DNA of 62,971 nucleotides, the filler included, from Reclinomonas americana ATCC 50394 (lineage: Eukaryota), in NCBI GenBank assembly GCA_048213135.1. It is 6 parts of 4 records of this genome, joined end to end, with 100 filler letters (N's around TTAATTAATTAA, not from the genome) between each part and the next. Parts side by side here need not be neighbours in the genome. Positions count along the whole stretch, not along the records: positions 1 to 16,253 come from PS015395.1; 5 more parts are not named here. The stretch is one strand, 5' to 3'. The notes under the pieces were generated by a model that searched no databases, was not told the origin of the DNA, and saw only the letters and a list, made by a program, of their open reading frames with translations. Position numbers and translations under genes: made by a program. Positions 1-11,800 of the stretch are shown piece after piece (within the stretch, counting starts at the first letter, position 1; the number at the start of each line of letters is the position of its first letter).

Positions 1-88
1 TCTCCCCTCCCTCTCCCTCTCCCCTCCCTCTCCCCTCCCTGCCCCCCGTATCCCCTCCCCTCCCCTCCCTTTCCCTATCACCGCAACT

Positions 89-2635
89 GCCAATTCCCGA
101 AACACCGCGCGCAGCTCCTTGATGCACTGCGCCTCCTCGCCCTGCTTGACAAAAATCTTCACGGCCGGATTCACCCGCGGATTCAACAGCACCGTGTCCT
201 CGAGCTTGGCCAGCGGGGCCATGCGATCAAACGGCAGCTCCATCACCATCAGCGCCTCCGCCGGCACAATGTCGGTGACGAAGCCCATTTGTCCGTTCAG
301 CGTCTCCACGTCGACGGTGAGGCCGCCGGTCACTTTCAGGATGAAGCGCGTGTTCGGGTAGCGTTCGTAGAGGGCCATGAATTGGGCCACGCGCTCGCGC
401 AGCTGGTAGTTGGGCACGAAGCGGCCGTTCTCGAAAACGGCCATCTCCAGGACGAAGGGTGGGGCGGTGCGCGGCGGTTGTTTGACGTCTTCCAGGTCGT
501 GCACGGCAAAGTCGCCGATGGGCATTTCGGAGGTGGCGTAGCGGAGCATCTGGGGAGGGGGAGGGGTGAAGGGGAAGGGTTCAGGGGGGAATGGGAAGGG
601 GTGAGGTGAAGGGGGAAAAGCGAGGGGGAAGCCAAGGGGGAAGCAAAGGGGGAAGGAAAGAGGAGAGAGCAAGGAGAAGAGCATCAGGAAGGGAAGGGGG
701 AAGAGCAAGGGGGGAGAGCAAGGGGAAGAGCAACGAGGGAAGAGCAAGGGGAAGAGCAACGGGGGAAGAGCAATGGGGAATAACAAGGGAGAGCAGGGGG
801 GAGAGCACGGAGGAAGAGCATGGGGGAAAAGCAAGGGAGAAAGACCAAGGGGGAAGACAAAGGGGGATGGGAGCAAGGGGAAGGAGCAAGGGGGACGACG
901 GGGGGGAAGAGAAGGGGGAAGACAAAGGGGAAGAGCAAGGGGGGAGAGCAAGGGGGGGGGGGAAGAGCATGGGAGAAGGCGACGGAACCAAAGTGGTACG
1001 CGAAGGGGAGAAAGAAGGCGGACAGTGAGCAACAGATGAGCAAAGAACTGAGTCAACGGAGAGCAGAGAAAGAGACTGCTGCCAAAAGAGCAGCAGAGAG
1101 AGAGAGAGAAACCTAAAAGACAGCAAGGAATTGCCAGGTGCAGAGAAACGAGAGATAACAGGCAGGAAACGAGGAGAGAAGAGGTGCCATGAGACCGACA
1201 CAATCCCTTTCGCCTGACAGCACTCACCCTGCGGAAAAACGCCGAACTCTTGCAGTACAGCGTCGGCACCTCGCCGTGCGTCTCACAGCGGATCACCAAG
1301 TACACAGAGCCGAGGCGGTCTTCGACGGTGGCTCGGCACAGTTCCATGGCTAAGGAGAAGGAGATAAAGGGAAAGTGACACAACAGAGAGTCAGTGGCAC
1401 AGGAGGTTAAGAGAGGTCACGCGGCTCAGATGGAAAGGTGAATGGCACAAAAGGGAGCTCTCAGCGAGCGGAGAGACAGAGAAGGAGAAGGAGAGGATAA
1501 AGGGAAAGAGACACAACTGAGAGTCAGTGGCACAGGAGGTTAAGAGAGGCCATGCGGTTCAGGTGGAAAGGCGAATGAATGAAGTGCACAAAAGGGAGCT
1601 CTCAGTGAGAGAAGGAGAAGGGGGAGGATATAAGGGAAAGAGACACAACATAGAGTCAGTGGCACAGAAGGTTAACAGAGGTCACGCGGTTCAGGTGGAA
1701 AGGTGAATGGATGAAGAGCACAAAAGGGAGCTCTCAGTAAGAGAGAGGAAATTTGAGCATGAAAGCAGAGTCTGATTGCTGAATGCATGCATCTCACAAT
1801 GCTGTCTCTCTCTCTCTCTTATGTACAAATACACTCCTCTTCCTCTCACTGTGTCTCACTCTCCGCTTCTCTATTTTCCTCTCACTCTCTCACATTCACT
1901 CACTATTCGTCTCTCACTCTCTCTCCCTGTCTCTCTCTCACTCACTCTCTCTCCCTCTCTCTCTCCCCTCTCTCTCTCACACACTCTCTCCACCACACTC
2001 ACGTTTCCTATCAATAAACATGCACAAAGGGCACATTGTTTGTGTGGAATACAACACTTCTTGCTCCACAGACGAAGTCGGTGAGAGAAGCTGCGTCAAG
2101 AGCAGGCATGAGTGAGTGAGAGACACACAGTGAGTGTGAGAGTGACGCACAGCAGAGCTTGCACTCGCGGCCATTGTTTGTGTGATTGAGTCGACGTCGA
2201 TGTGTCCTGCGAGTCGTGGAGAGGGAAACTGACGCTGGCTGTGCGAGGGAAGCAGTGGGGAGTGATAGATGGGCACTGACAGGTGTCGTGGGTGCTTTGT
2301 TTGCGTTTGAAACAGAGTCGGGGATGCGAATAATGCGTGTCCTGCGCAAGTGTTTCTTCTGCGTGGCGATGAGAAGTATTCGCTGACCATCGTGCGCATC
2401 AATGCAGTGATCGCCTGCATAGCTCCTCCGTCTTCTCTTGTTCAATTGAACTGAGTGGGTGCTGCGGAAGTTTGTGTCCTGCGCAAGCATTCGTTGACCG
2501 TGAACATCAAGGATACGCAGAGTAGGTTGTGGAGCAGTGCTTTGTGGCGGAGGTGTAGGAGGAAGAGTCTATTTCCCCGACTTTCTCCGGCCAGTGAGGA
2601 AGCAACAAGACGACGTCGACGTCGCTGTCCGCCAT
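89..2635 (-). CDS. Multi-exon gene with Tes/MJ0619-family radical-SAM-like N-terminal CxxC...CxxH domain; 3' end runs off the window
   Basis: Exons 2090-2003, 1349-1228 and 549-~89 splice in frame with GT-AG ends to give EVLYSTQTMCPLCMFIDRKPMELCRATVEDRLGSVYLVIRCETHGEVPTLYCKSSAFFRR...ILKVTGG. This resembles the T-x-S-x-CPxC...VYLxKxCPEHG N-terminus of tetraether-lipid-synthase-like radical SAM proteins. The start at ATG 2635 (MADSDVDVVLLL) and the upstream small exons are tentative. Confidence 0.55.
1353..1745. repeat. Intronic tandem repeat, three ~120-130 bp units
   Basis: GATAAAGGGAAAG...AGAGTCAGTGGCACAGGAGGTTAAGAGAGG...CACAAAAGGGAGCTCTCAG recurs three times. Confidence 0.9.
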
Positions 2636-2742
2636 TGAAAGGGGCACACGGGAAAAAAGGCAGTGCGCGAGGCAGAGAGAGGGCGTGTGTGCGTGTGTGT
2701 GAGAGAGAGAGAGCACGCTACTGTTGTTCCCTCTCAAAGAAA

Positions 2743-5504
2743 ATGAGGTGTGCTGTGATGTTGTCAGGTGGCATTCTCTCTCCCACTCTCACTCGCGCTT
2801 CTGCTTTTGCTTCTTTGGCGGCAGTGCTCCTCGGATGAAAGCATGTGATATCGCAATGGAAGGCGATGTGAAGGCACTGCGCGAGTTGGTGGCGCGTGAG
2901 GGTGCACGGACTTTGCTGCAGAGAGAGGAGATGAGTGCTGGTGGTTGCTCGGCATTTTACTATGCCGCTCTCAGAGGCCATCTCTCGGTGTTGGAGTATT
3001 TGTGGGAGGAGAGTGGTGTCGGGCCACAACTCGCACACATGGTCAACGACCTTGGCTACACGCCTCTGATGGGGGCTGCCACCTATGGGCATCTGCAAGT
3101 GGTGGAGTGGTTGCTTGCCGATGAGCGACGATGTCCGCCAGAGATGGCGCGGGTGGTCAGCAATGACCGTGCGGAGTATCCGCAGTCCACGGTACTGCAT
3201 TATGCTGCAATGAGAGGACACGAAGCCGTGGTGCGACTGCTCGCCACTCGCTTCCCCGACCTCATTCCCGTGGTCAACAATGCGGGCAAGACGGCGGCTC
3301 AGTGGGCACGCGACGCGAGAAAGCAAGAAGTGGCCGACTTGCTTGACCACCTCGCTGTGCAGCCAGCACGACCACACCAACAACAACAACAGCAGGCGCG
3401 ATCCCCGCCTCCTGCAGGTATGACCTCTATTATGTCTGTTGGCATGATGTGTTCGTGCTCACGCCACCACCTGTGATTTGTCCTTGTGTGTGTCATTCCT
3501 GGCGAATATGATGCAGTGCCAGCACGCCAGGTGAGACGGAGAGTGCCACTCTAGATCTCTGCTTCTTGTTGCTCGCGAAACTCACTTCTCATATCCGTTC
3601 CGTGTCTCCCTCGCACTCTTGTAAATTGCAGTTGGCTGTTGATGATCCCACCGTCGCACGCCAGCTCGCCGACAAGGACGCACTCCTTGCGCAACTCCAG
3701 CGCGATCTGGCGGCAGCACAGCAGGAGCGAGATCAACAGCAGCGAGAGTGGAATCGACAGCGACGTGAGCACGAGGACGTCGTCGCCCAGTTGCAGCAAG
3801 ATAAGGCCCAGGAACAGCACAAGGTCGGCCAATTGCAGCAGGCGGTCGGTGAATGGCAGCGAGCTCATGCCAGCGAGCAGCAGAAGAATGCCCAATTGCA
3901 GCAAACTGTCATGCAGTGGCAGCAAGCTCATGGCCAACTGCAGGCTCAGCTGACTGCGGCTCTGCGCGACAAGGAGGACCTCGCGACGCAGCTGCAAGAA
4001 CGCAATCAACTCATCTCTCAGCTGCGACAGGATCTCCTCCTCACCCAAGGTCTGTCTCTTCCCCTCTGAGTGTCCAACGTCTTTCATACTCACCCATCTC
4101 TCTCTTCCCCTTCCCACCCTCCACAGTCGACACCGCCGTGCAGCGCTTCGAGTGGCCCGAGATCGTGCACGCCACCAATTCATTCTCACCCAGCCTCAAG
4201 GTCGGCGAGGGCGGCCAGGGTGCCGTCTTCATCTCCATCCTCCGCGAGATGCACGTGGCCATCAAGGTGCTCGACCCCAATGCACCGTGGACGATGGAGT
4301 CGTTTGAGAGTGAGGTGTGTGTATCTCCCTCTCTTCTGTTTCTTCTTTCTCCTCATCCTTCTTCCCCATCTCACAGGTGGCCACCCTCGGACGCCTACGT
4401 GACCGTCGCATTGTGCCTCTTGTCGGCTACTCGGTGGGCGACGACAAGGCACGCTGTCTCGTGTACAAGGCCCTGCAGTGCGTTCCATCTCTCTCCCTTT
4501 CTCCCCCTTTCTCCATAATCGTCTCACTGTGAAGCACACAGAGTCCCCAACCTGGAGGATCTGTTGCTGCTGCCACGCGCCGGTCGTGCACCACTCTCTC
4601 TCATACAGCGCGTGCAGATTGGTCTCGGACTGGCCGAGGCTGTGGTGTTCTTGCACAAGGTTTGTGCGATGTGGATACCATCCTCCACTCCCATTCACCG
4701 TCTCTGTCCCGAAGCACTCTGTCCTGCACTCTCTTCCTCTTTTCTCCTCGTCACTCTTTTGCTGTTCTTGTCTCTCCCACCCTCAGGTGTTCTCTCTCTG
4801 AATAGCCCTCGCTATCTGTTCGTTCCCGTTTTCTCTCCTCTCTCCTTGCCGCTCTCGTGCTGTTCGTGTCTCTTTAGTTCTCTCTCACTTTCTCCTTTTC
4901 TCGCTGCTGTGTTTTATGCTTTCTTCCTCATCTCACTCACCTCTCCTCGCAGAACAATGTGGTGCACCGCGACATCAAGCCCTCCAATGTTCTCCTCGAT
5001 CACCGTTTCGAGCCGTGTCTCGGTGACTTTGGCATTGCGCGGTCGATTGCAGATGGCAAGGTGTGTTTCCATTCAGTCCTTCTCTCTCTCTCTCTCTCTC
5101 TCTCGCTCTCTCTCTTCCACACTCCCTCACATTCTCTCATCTCGCAGACAACTACCGCCGCCGGCACTCTAGACTACATGGACCCACTGGCGTTGCGCGT
5201 GAGGACGCCGGATCCTGAACACGACGTGTACAGCATGGGTATCGTGCTGGTGCAGCTGGTCACTGGCAAGCCCGTGGCAACAGTGGTGGATTGGTCTGTG
5301 AGATGGGATCGTTCTGCTGCCTCGTTGCGCCCCATGGAGCTGGTGGATGGAGGAGCAGGGTGGACGCCGCGCATCGCCGAACCCATGTTTGAACTCGGCA
5401 TGCGCTGTATGAGCGTGCGACGCGATCGGCCAACCTCGCAGGAGGTGCTTGATGTGATGCGTGCGCTGCGTGAGGCTTGTGGGCAGTTCACGCTGGAACT
5501 GTGA
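2743..5504 (+). CDS. Ankyrin-repeat / coiled-coil / Pelle-IRAK(RLK)-like Ser/Thr kinase, copy 1
   Basis: Nine exons (2743-2747, 2825-3417, 3517-3530, 3632-4049, 4127-4314, 4377-~4478, ~4542-4659, 4953-5060, ~5148-5504) join in frame. Ankyrin motifs: GYTPLMGAATYGHLQVVEWLL and STVLHYAAMRGHEAVVRLL. A Gln-rich coiled coil follows. Kinase motifs: FEWPEIVHATNSFSPSLKVGEGGQGAVF, VAIK, HRDIKPSNVLLD, DFG, GTLDYMDP, DVYSMGIVL, RRDRP. Confidence 0.9.
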
Positions 5505-5818
5505 GATAAATACAGGCTGTGTCTGATTGTTCTTATGTGGGTTGTTGCAGCTTCATTGCGCGAGTCCACGAGTGTGACAGTGAGAACAGAGTGCTTGCGA
5601 GAACAGAATCCATGTTTTGCGGACGACGTGTGGATGAATTATCCTCAGGGATGTCGCGTAAAACCCACTTCCTCCTCCACAACAGCCTGGTACACATCAA
5701 GGCACTCACACTCCCCCACTCGCACCACACACTGCGCTTCCAATTCTCCGACGACTTCTCACAGAAACCCGGCACCTCTTGTCAGATCCACCACTTCCCG
5801 TCACTCACTCTCCTTCTC

Positions 5819-8800
5819 ATGAGCGCGGCCTCCGTCATCGCGCACCTCTTTGAGGAAACACACAAGCCGCCTCTCACCCTCACACTCTCCTCCACACGCT
5901 CACAAGAAGACCTCCTGAGCGAGTTACCTGCACACACACACATCTCCTCTCTGACTTTTTGTCACACTCTCTCTCTCACACACACGCACGCCCTCTCACA
6001 GCATCTGCCAGCACTGCGCCGACGCCTCCCCCCTCACTCTGACATTTGATGGAGCTCTCTTGGTGACTGACAATGAGCAAGCACAACAGGTCCGATCACT
6101 GAACGCTCTATTCCTTCTCTTCCCCCTCCTCACTCACTCTGTTCTCCCACACACAGGCCCTCTCGACCTACCCCCGCCTCTACGTCTTTTCCCGCGCGTT
6201 TCTCGAGCAAAAGAAACAGCATATCGCCAGCGACGTGGCGGACACGGCCATTGTAGTACCGCACACCAATCCACAAGTCGCGCGCGACGAGTTTCGCGAG
6301 TGGAGCAGTGTGGCCAGTGTGCGACTGGAGGCCGCCCGTGCGCTGATTGCCTTCGCGGTGCGTCGGAGCTCGGCAATTGAGGAAACGGTCGATTGTGGCA
6401 AGCAAATGGTCCGGTGGGCGAGTGAAGGACTGGCGGGAGGTCTGCGCTGGTTGACGGGCTTGTCGTTGACGCCGACGACACTGCATCAGGCGCAGGGGCA
6501 GTTGGCCGGGCAGAGGCAGTCGCTGGAGGATTTGGTGGCGCATTTGGAGGCGCAGATGGTGTCGGTGCAGGTGCGGGAGGCGTTGGCGGCGGTGGTGGAG
6601 GAGTGCTCGGTGCAGTTGGAGGTGGCGGGGGTGGAGGGTGTGGAGTTTGAGGCGAAGGGTGAGCAGGGGGAGGAGGGGGAGAAGGGGGAGAAGGGGGAAG
6701 GGATGAGGGAAATGGGGGGAAAAGTGGGAGAGCAGACAGTGAGGGGAGAGCTTATCGAGGAACTGCTGATCGAAGAGGCAGAGAGGGCGAGAGCAGAGTG
6801 AAGAAGCAGAGCACAGCGAGGGGTGGAGAACAGAGCAGATAGGGCGTCTTTCCTCGCTTGCATTCTCCGCGCTGTCTCTTCTGTTGCTTTGCCGGCTTGA
6901 GTGTCCTCTTTTGCCTGCGTTTCATTCGCTCCGCGCGTCTCCCTTGGCTCTCTCTGGAGCGAGGGAGGAGAGCAAAGCGAGGCGAGGGGATATAAGAGCA
7001 GAGCGAAGAACAGCTGGTCGACGAGGTTGGGCGAGGAGGGAATGCAGGAGAGGGAGGAAGGAGAACAGAGCGAAGGGTGGAGAGCAGAGCTCTTGCAATC
7101 CTCCCCCTTGCTCTCATTCATCAAACCTTGCCCCTCTCTTTTCTTCTTTTGCTTCCCTGGCTTGCTTGTCCTCTTTTGCCACATGCTTCCCTTGACTCTC
7201 TCTCTCTCTGAAGCGCAGAGTTGGGAGAGCCAGATCGAGATGGAAGAGCCAGAGCGATAGGAGAGAGTGGAGGAAGGGCGGAGAACAGAGCAGTTGGAGC
7301 ACTTTCTTCACTTGCTATCCTCTCGTTCTTCCCTTGCGCTTTCTCCTCATTTGCTTCCCTGGTTTGTATGTTCTCTTTTACCTGCGTCTCATTCGCTCCG
7401 TGCACTTCTTCATCTCATTTAAAGCGAGAGTGGGAGAGCAGAGCGAGGGGTGGAGTTCAGGGAGAAGAGAAGAGCAGACAGGGCACCTATCTTCTCATAC
7501 TATCCTCCGCGCTTTCTCTTGTTTTTTGCTTTTTCCCCTGCGTCTCATGCACTCCGTGCGCTTCTCCTTCTCATTTTCTGGAGCTAGGGAGGCAGCGTAG
7601 AAGAGAGAGAGAGAGAGCAAGAGCGAGGATGGAGCTGGATTCTCACCCCTCTTGATCAGACACACTAGCGGAACGCCGGGCGCAGCTGATGGAGAGCGCG
7701 TTTCATCGATTCTCACACACGTTGCCGCGCGTCGAGCAGCACATGGCGGAGGCCGTGTGCTGGTTGGGTGAGTTGCAGGCTGCCGACTGCCAGATCGCCG
7801 AGTTGTGCAAGCTGGCCAGTGCGGCGAAGCATTTCGCCGCTCGGCTGGTCGACGCGCGTTGCGTGATGAGGAGGAGGCGAGCTTGTGCACTCGCCATGTC
7901 ACTCATTTTTTCGAATTGCAGGCGTGTGCGAGCTGCTGCCGGGGATGGTGGAGCAGAAGCGTCGGTATGAGGAGGCGTGCGAGCGGATGGCGGAGACGTG
8001 CTTGGACCCGGTGCTCGACCTGGCGGACCAGGAGGTTGCGCGGAGGCGGGTGTTTGCGGAGGAGTTTCCGCTGGGGCCGTTCTTGTGTCCCGAGATGGCC
8101 AAGCCGGTGGCCACGTTCGAGGTAGGCAAAAAAAAAGGGAAAGGGGCGAGAGGGAAGGGCAAGAGGGAAAGGGGTGAGAGTAAACGGGAAGAGAGGGCGA
8201 GGGGAGAGACTGAAAGGGGTGAGAAGAATGAAAGAAGAGGGAACGGGATGAGAGGAGAGAGGAAGGGGAATGGGTGAGAGGGAAGGAAAAGAAAAGGAAA
8301 GGGTGGGAACGGGAGGAGAGGAGTGAATGAAGAGGGAACGGGATGACAGCGAAAGAGGAAGGGACAGGGATACGAAGAAAGGAATGGGGCGGATGGAGGC
8401 AGTGAACGGAAGGGGCATGGTGGGGGAAAGAAAGGAGGAGAGAGAAATGAGCAGAGAGGGACAGGAGCGAGACAAAGGGGAGGAGAAACAGGAGTGAAGT
8501 GGGCACGAGGAGAAATAAATGGAGAAGAGTGCGTCTGTGTGAGAGAGAGAGAACATGCTGGATGAGACAACCATTTTTTCAATATGTGCTGATTTGCTTC
8601 TTTTGCGCAGCTTCGGCGTGTGGGTGCGTACTGGTGACTATGGCAGTGTATGGTGGCAGCAGGCACTTAAATACTTTGTGTGCAGGTGTCAAGTGGTTCG
8701 GCATTGCTGCGCCGAAGGATGTGCGGGAGGTGAGGACAAGAGAGGGAAGGGAAAGGGGAAAATGGACAGCGATGAGAAAGAGAGTGAATGAGAGACAAAG

Positions 8801-11800
8801 AGACAAGGGACGAGGTGATGAAGGGGGAGAGAGAAGACCTGAGACGGGAAACATGACCCAAAGGGGGACGAGCCGATCACATGGGAGCCTCTCGGGAACC
8901 TCAGCTGACTCGTTTCGCCTCATTTGCCTCATTCTCCTCTCGTTCTCCTCTCGTTTTCACTCGTCTCCTCTCGCTTAATCTTGTCTCCTCTCGGAGGACA
9001 AGGGTTGAGGAGTGAGGGTTGAGAGGCGAGGGTTGAGGGCTGAAAAATAGAGGGTAGGAGGACAAGGGTTGAGAGGCGAGGGTCGAGGGTTGAAGAATTG
9101 AGGGTTGGAGGACAAGGGTTGAGGAGTGAGGGTTGAGGGTTGAAGAATTGAGGGTTTAGTGAGAGTCGAGGGTTGAAGGACGAGGGGTGAGGGTTGAAAA
9201 AACGAAGGGTTGGAGGACAAGGGTTGAGAGGCGAGGGTCGAGGGTTGAAAAACGGAGGGTTGACGGTCGAGGGTTGGAGGGCAAGGGTTGAGGGGCGAGG
9301 GCTGAGGGTTGAAAAATGCAGGGTTGGAGACAAGGGTTGAGAGGCGAGGGTTAAGGGCCGAAGAATTGAGGGTTGAGGAGCGAGTGTCGAGGAGCGAGGG
9401 TTGAGGGTTGAAAATGGAGGGTTGGAGACAAGGGTTGATCGAGCGTTGAAATATGCGGGGGTTTCTCTCGATTTCTATCGCTTCCTCTCGTTTCCTCTCG
9501 TTTGCACTTGTCCCCTTCCATTTTCTCTCGTCTCCTCCTGTCTCGCCTCCTCTCTTATTTTCCTTCGTCTCTTCTCGTCTCACTCATCTCTTCCCTGCAG
9601 CCGCTGAAGCAAGATGCGTGTACCTTTGTGGACGGCCTGCCCGACCGAGTGCCTGTGCTGCGCCAACGGTGCGTGTGGATCTTCTCTCGCTTTGTAGGAT
9701 TGCTGTAGACTCACTTCTCCACCGCAGCGTGAATGAGCTGGCGGAGGCGTTGATGCACACACGAGATGAAGCGGCCATGGTTTGCTTACTTCGCTGTGCC
9801 TACGCCTGTGCAAAGAACTCACCCTCGCCCTCTCCTGCCAGCTGAAACGCGAAAGCGAGCAGCTGCACCGCGAGTTGCGACCCTTCTTCCCCCCACGCTG
9901 TAATTCCTCCAACCTCACCCTTGCGCACGCAGCAACGACGAGTTGGCACGCGCGGCGGACCAGTTGCGCCTCACACAAGAGGCGATGATGCCTCGCATTG
10001 AGGCCCGTCAGCTGGACGAGCAGAATCTCAGAATTGTGCGTGACTTTGCTTGCGAGGGACAGGATTCGCTGATAACTGACTTGCGCAACAGGCGGAGCGC
10101 AAAAATGTGATTCTCGGCGACAAGTGCGTGGATGCTTGCTATTCATGGAATTACTGGTGATCTCACTCTGTGGTGAATTGTTACAGGGTCGAACTTCTTG
10201 AGCGACAGGTTCGCGGAGTTCGCTGGCGATCAGTCTCCTCGTTGTCACTCACCTTCCAGTGCAGATTCAAGTCACTGCTGAGCAGCATCAGAAGCGGTGA
10301 GTGTTGTGGTCGTGGTTGGATTTTCAGCCATCTGTTCTCACTTCTCCTGCATACAGTGTTTTCGATTTGACCTCAGAACTTGCCACGCTTCGCTCCGATA
10401 ATGCGCAACTCAAGCAGGTGGGTGCAAGGGAAAGAGGGAAGGGAGTGGAGGGCAGCAGAGAGAGGTAAATGGGACAGAAGCGAAACGGGGAGGAGAAGTG
10501 GGACGGAGAAGGGGTGGAGATGGACAAGTGTTCTTCTTCCGTGTTTCCTGCCTCTCTCCAGCTTCCATTCACGGCTCTCTTGCACTGTGGCCTTACAGTC
10601 CGCTTGCACTTTCTCCCCCTCTGAACACCGCAATGTTGTTCCATCGCATGGCTGATGCGAACCGATAATTTGAGGACACAATTGTCTCCTATTCTGCCCT
10701 CTTCTTTCACTGCATCTCTCCAGGCTTCCTTCCCCTGCTCCCAATTCTCTCTCTGCCGTCTGTCTCCCTCGCTGACCGTACATCCCAATTACGCAGCGTG
10801 CCAATGCCATCGAAGTCGCCCATGCATCGTTGCGTTTGCCAGTGTGTGGCAGCTATCTTTGTTCGGCCTCTGACAGTCTTGTATTTCGTGCAGATCCGCC
10901 GCCAACGAGCGCCATTTGGCAGTGGTGCGTGTCTCGCCCTCTTGCTGCTCTCATCTTGCACTCATTCTGCTTCTCCCGTGCAGCGCGTGCGCGATCTCGA
11001 AGAGCAGTTGCGAACATCTGCTGTGCCTGCTGGTTGATAGTCGGTGATTAACCCTCTCCCCTCACGCAGGCTGGAGCCGTTGCGCGAGGAGAGCACTCGT
11101 CGTGCACGCGACTTCATTGAGCTGTCGAGCCGCGCGACCGAGAACCAGCGACTGGCGGAGTCACAGGCGCGCGAGCTGACGGAGCTGCGAGCTGACTTGA
11201 CTGAGAAGAATCGACTGGTGGACGAGGTGCGTCTCCATCGTGGTCGTTGATGCTGCGTTGGTGTTACTGACAGTCATTTCCATTCAGCTGCATGCCAGCA
11301 ATCAGCTTCTTTCGTTGCGTTTTTGATGCACTGGCTTTTGGAGTAACTGTGTTGCTCATTGTTTTTCACAGTGCCGAATCTGTGAGTGTGGGGGTCGCGG
11401 ACGTTTCTCGTGATCATTACTCACCATCCTTCATCACAGGGGGTGAAGCAAGCGCTGGAGGAAGAGTTGCGAATGCTCCTTGCGAGTTGAAGTAGATGAG
11501 GTGTTCACCATCTCCTCGTGCAGAATCTACAGACTTCGCGGTGAGATCCGCTCGCTGCGGAGGGCCAGCACGACTGTCGCCGCAGATGCAGGCGTTGTTG
11601 ATGTCGGGTGCGTATGTCGGGACTGTGAGGGTGAAGGGCATATGTGCTGATTGCTTCACCGCAGAGAAATCGCCAACTTGCGCGCCCAGCTGGCCGAGGT
11701 TACTCGCGAGAAGACGAGACTCAGGTGCGTGGTGTTTGCATAAAGGTGTCTCGGATTGTGCTGACTCTCTTCTACCGTCTCGCAGTGAGGAGGCTGCACG

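Noticed and set aside
581..1201. Long ORFs on both strands (206 aa, 145 aa etc.)
   Set aside because: Purine/pyrimidine-skewed intron repeat; the peptides are low-complexity and the region lies between phase-compatible exons
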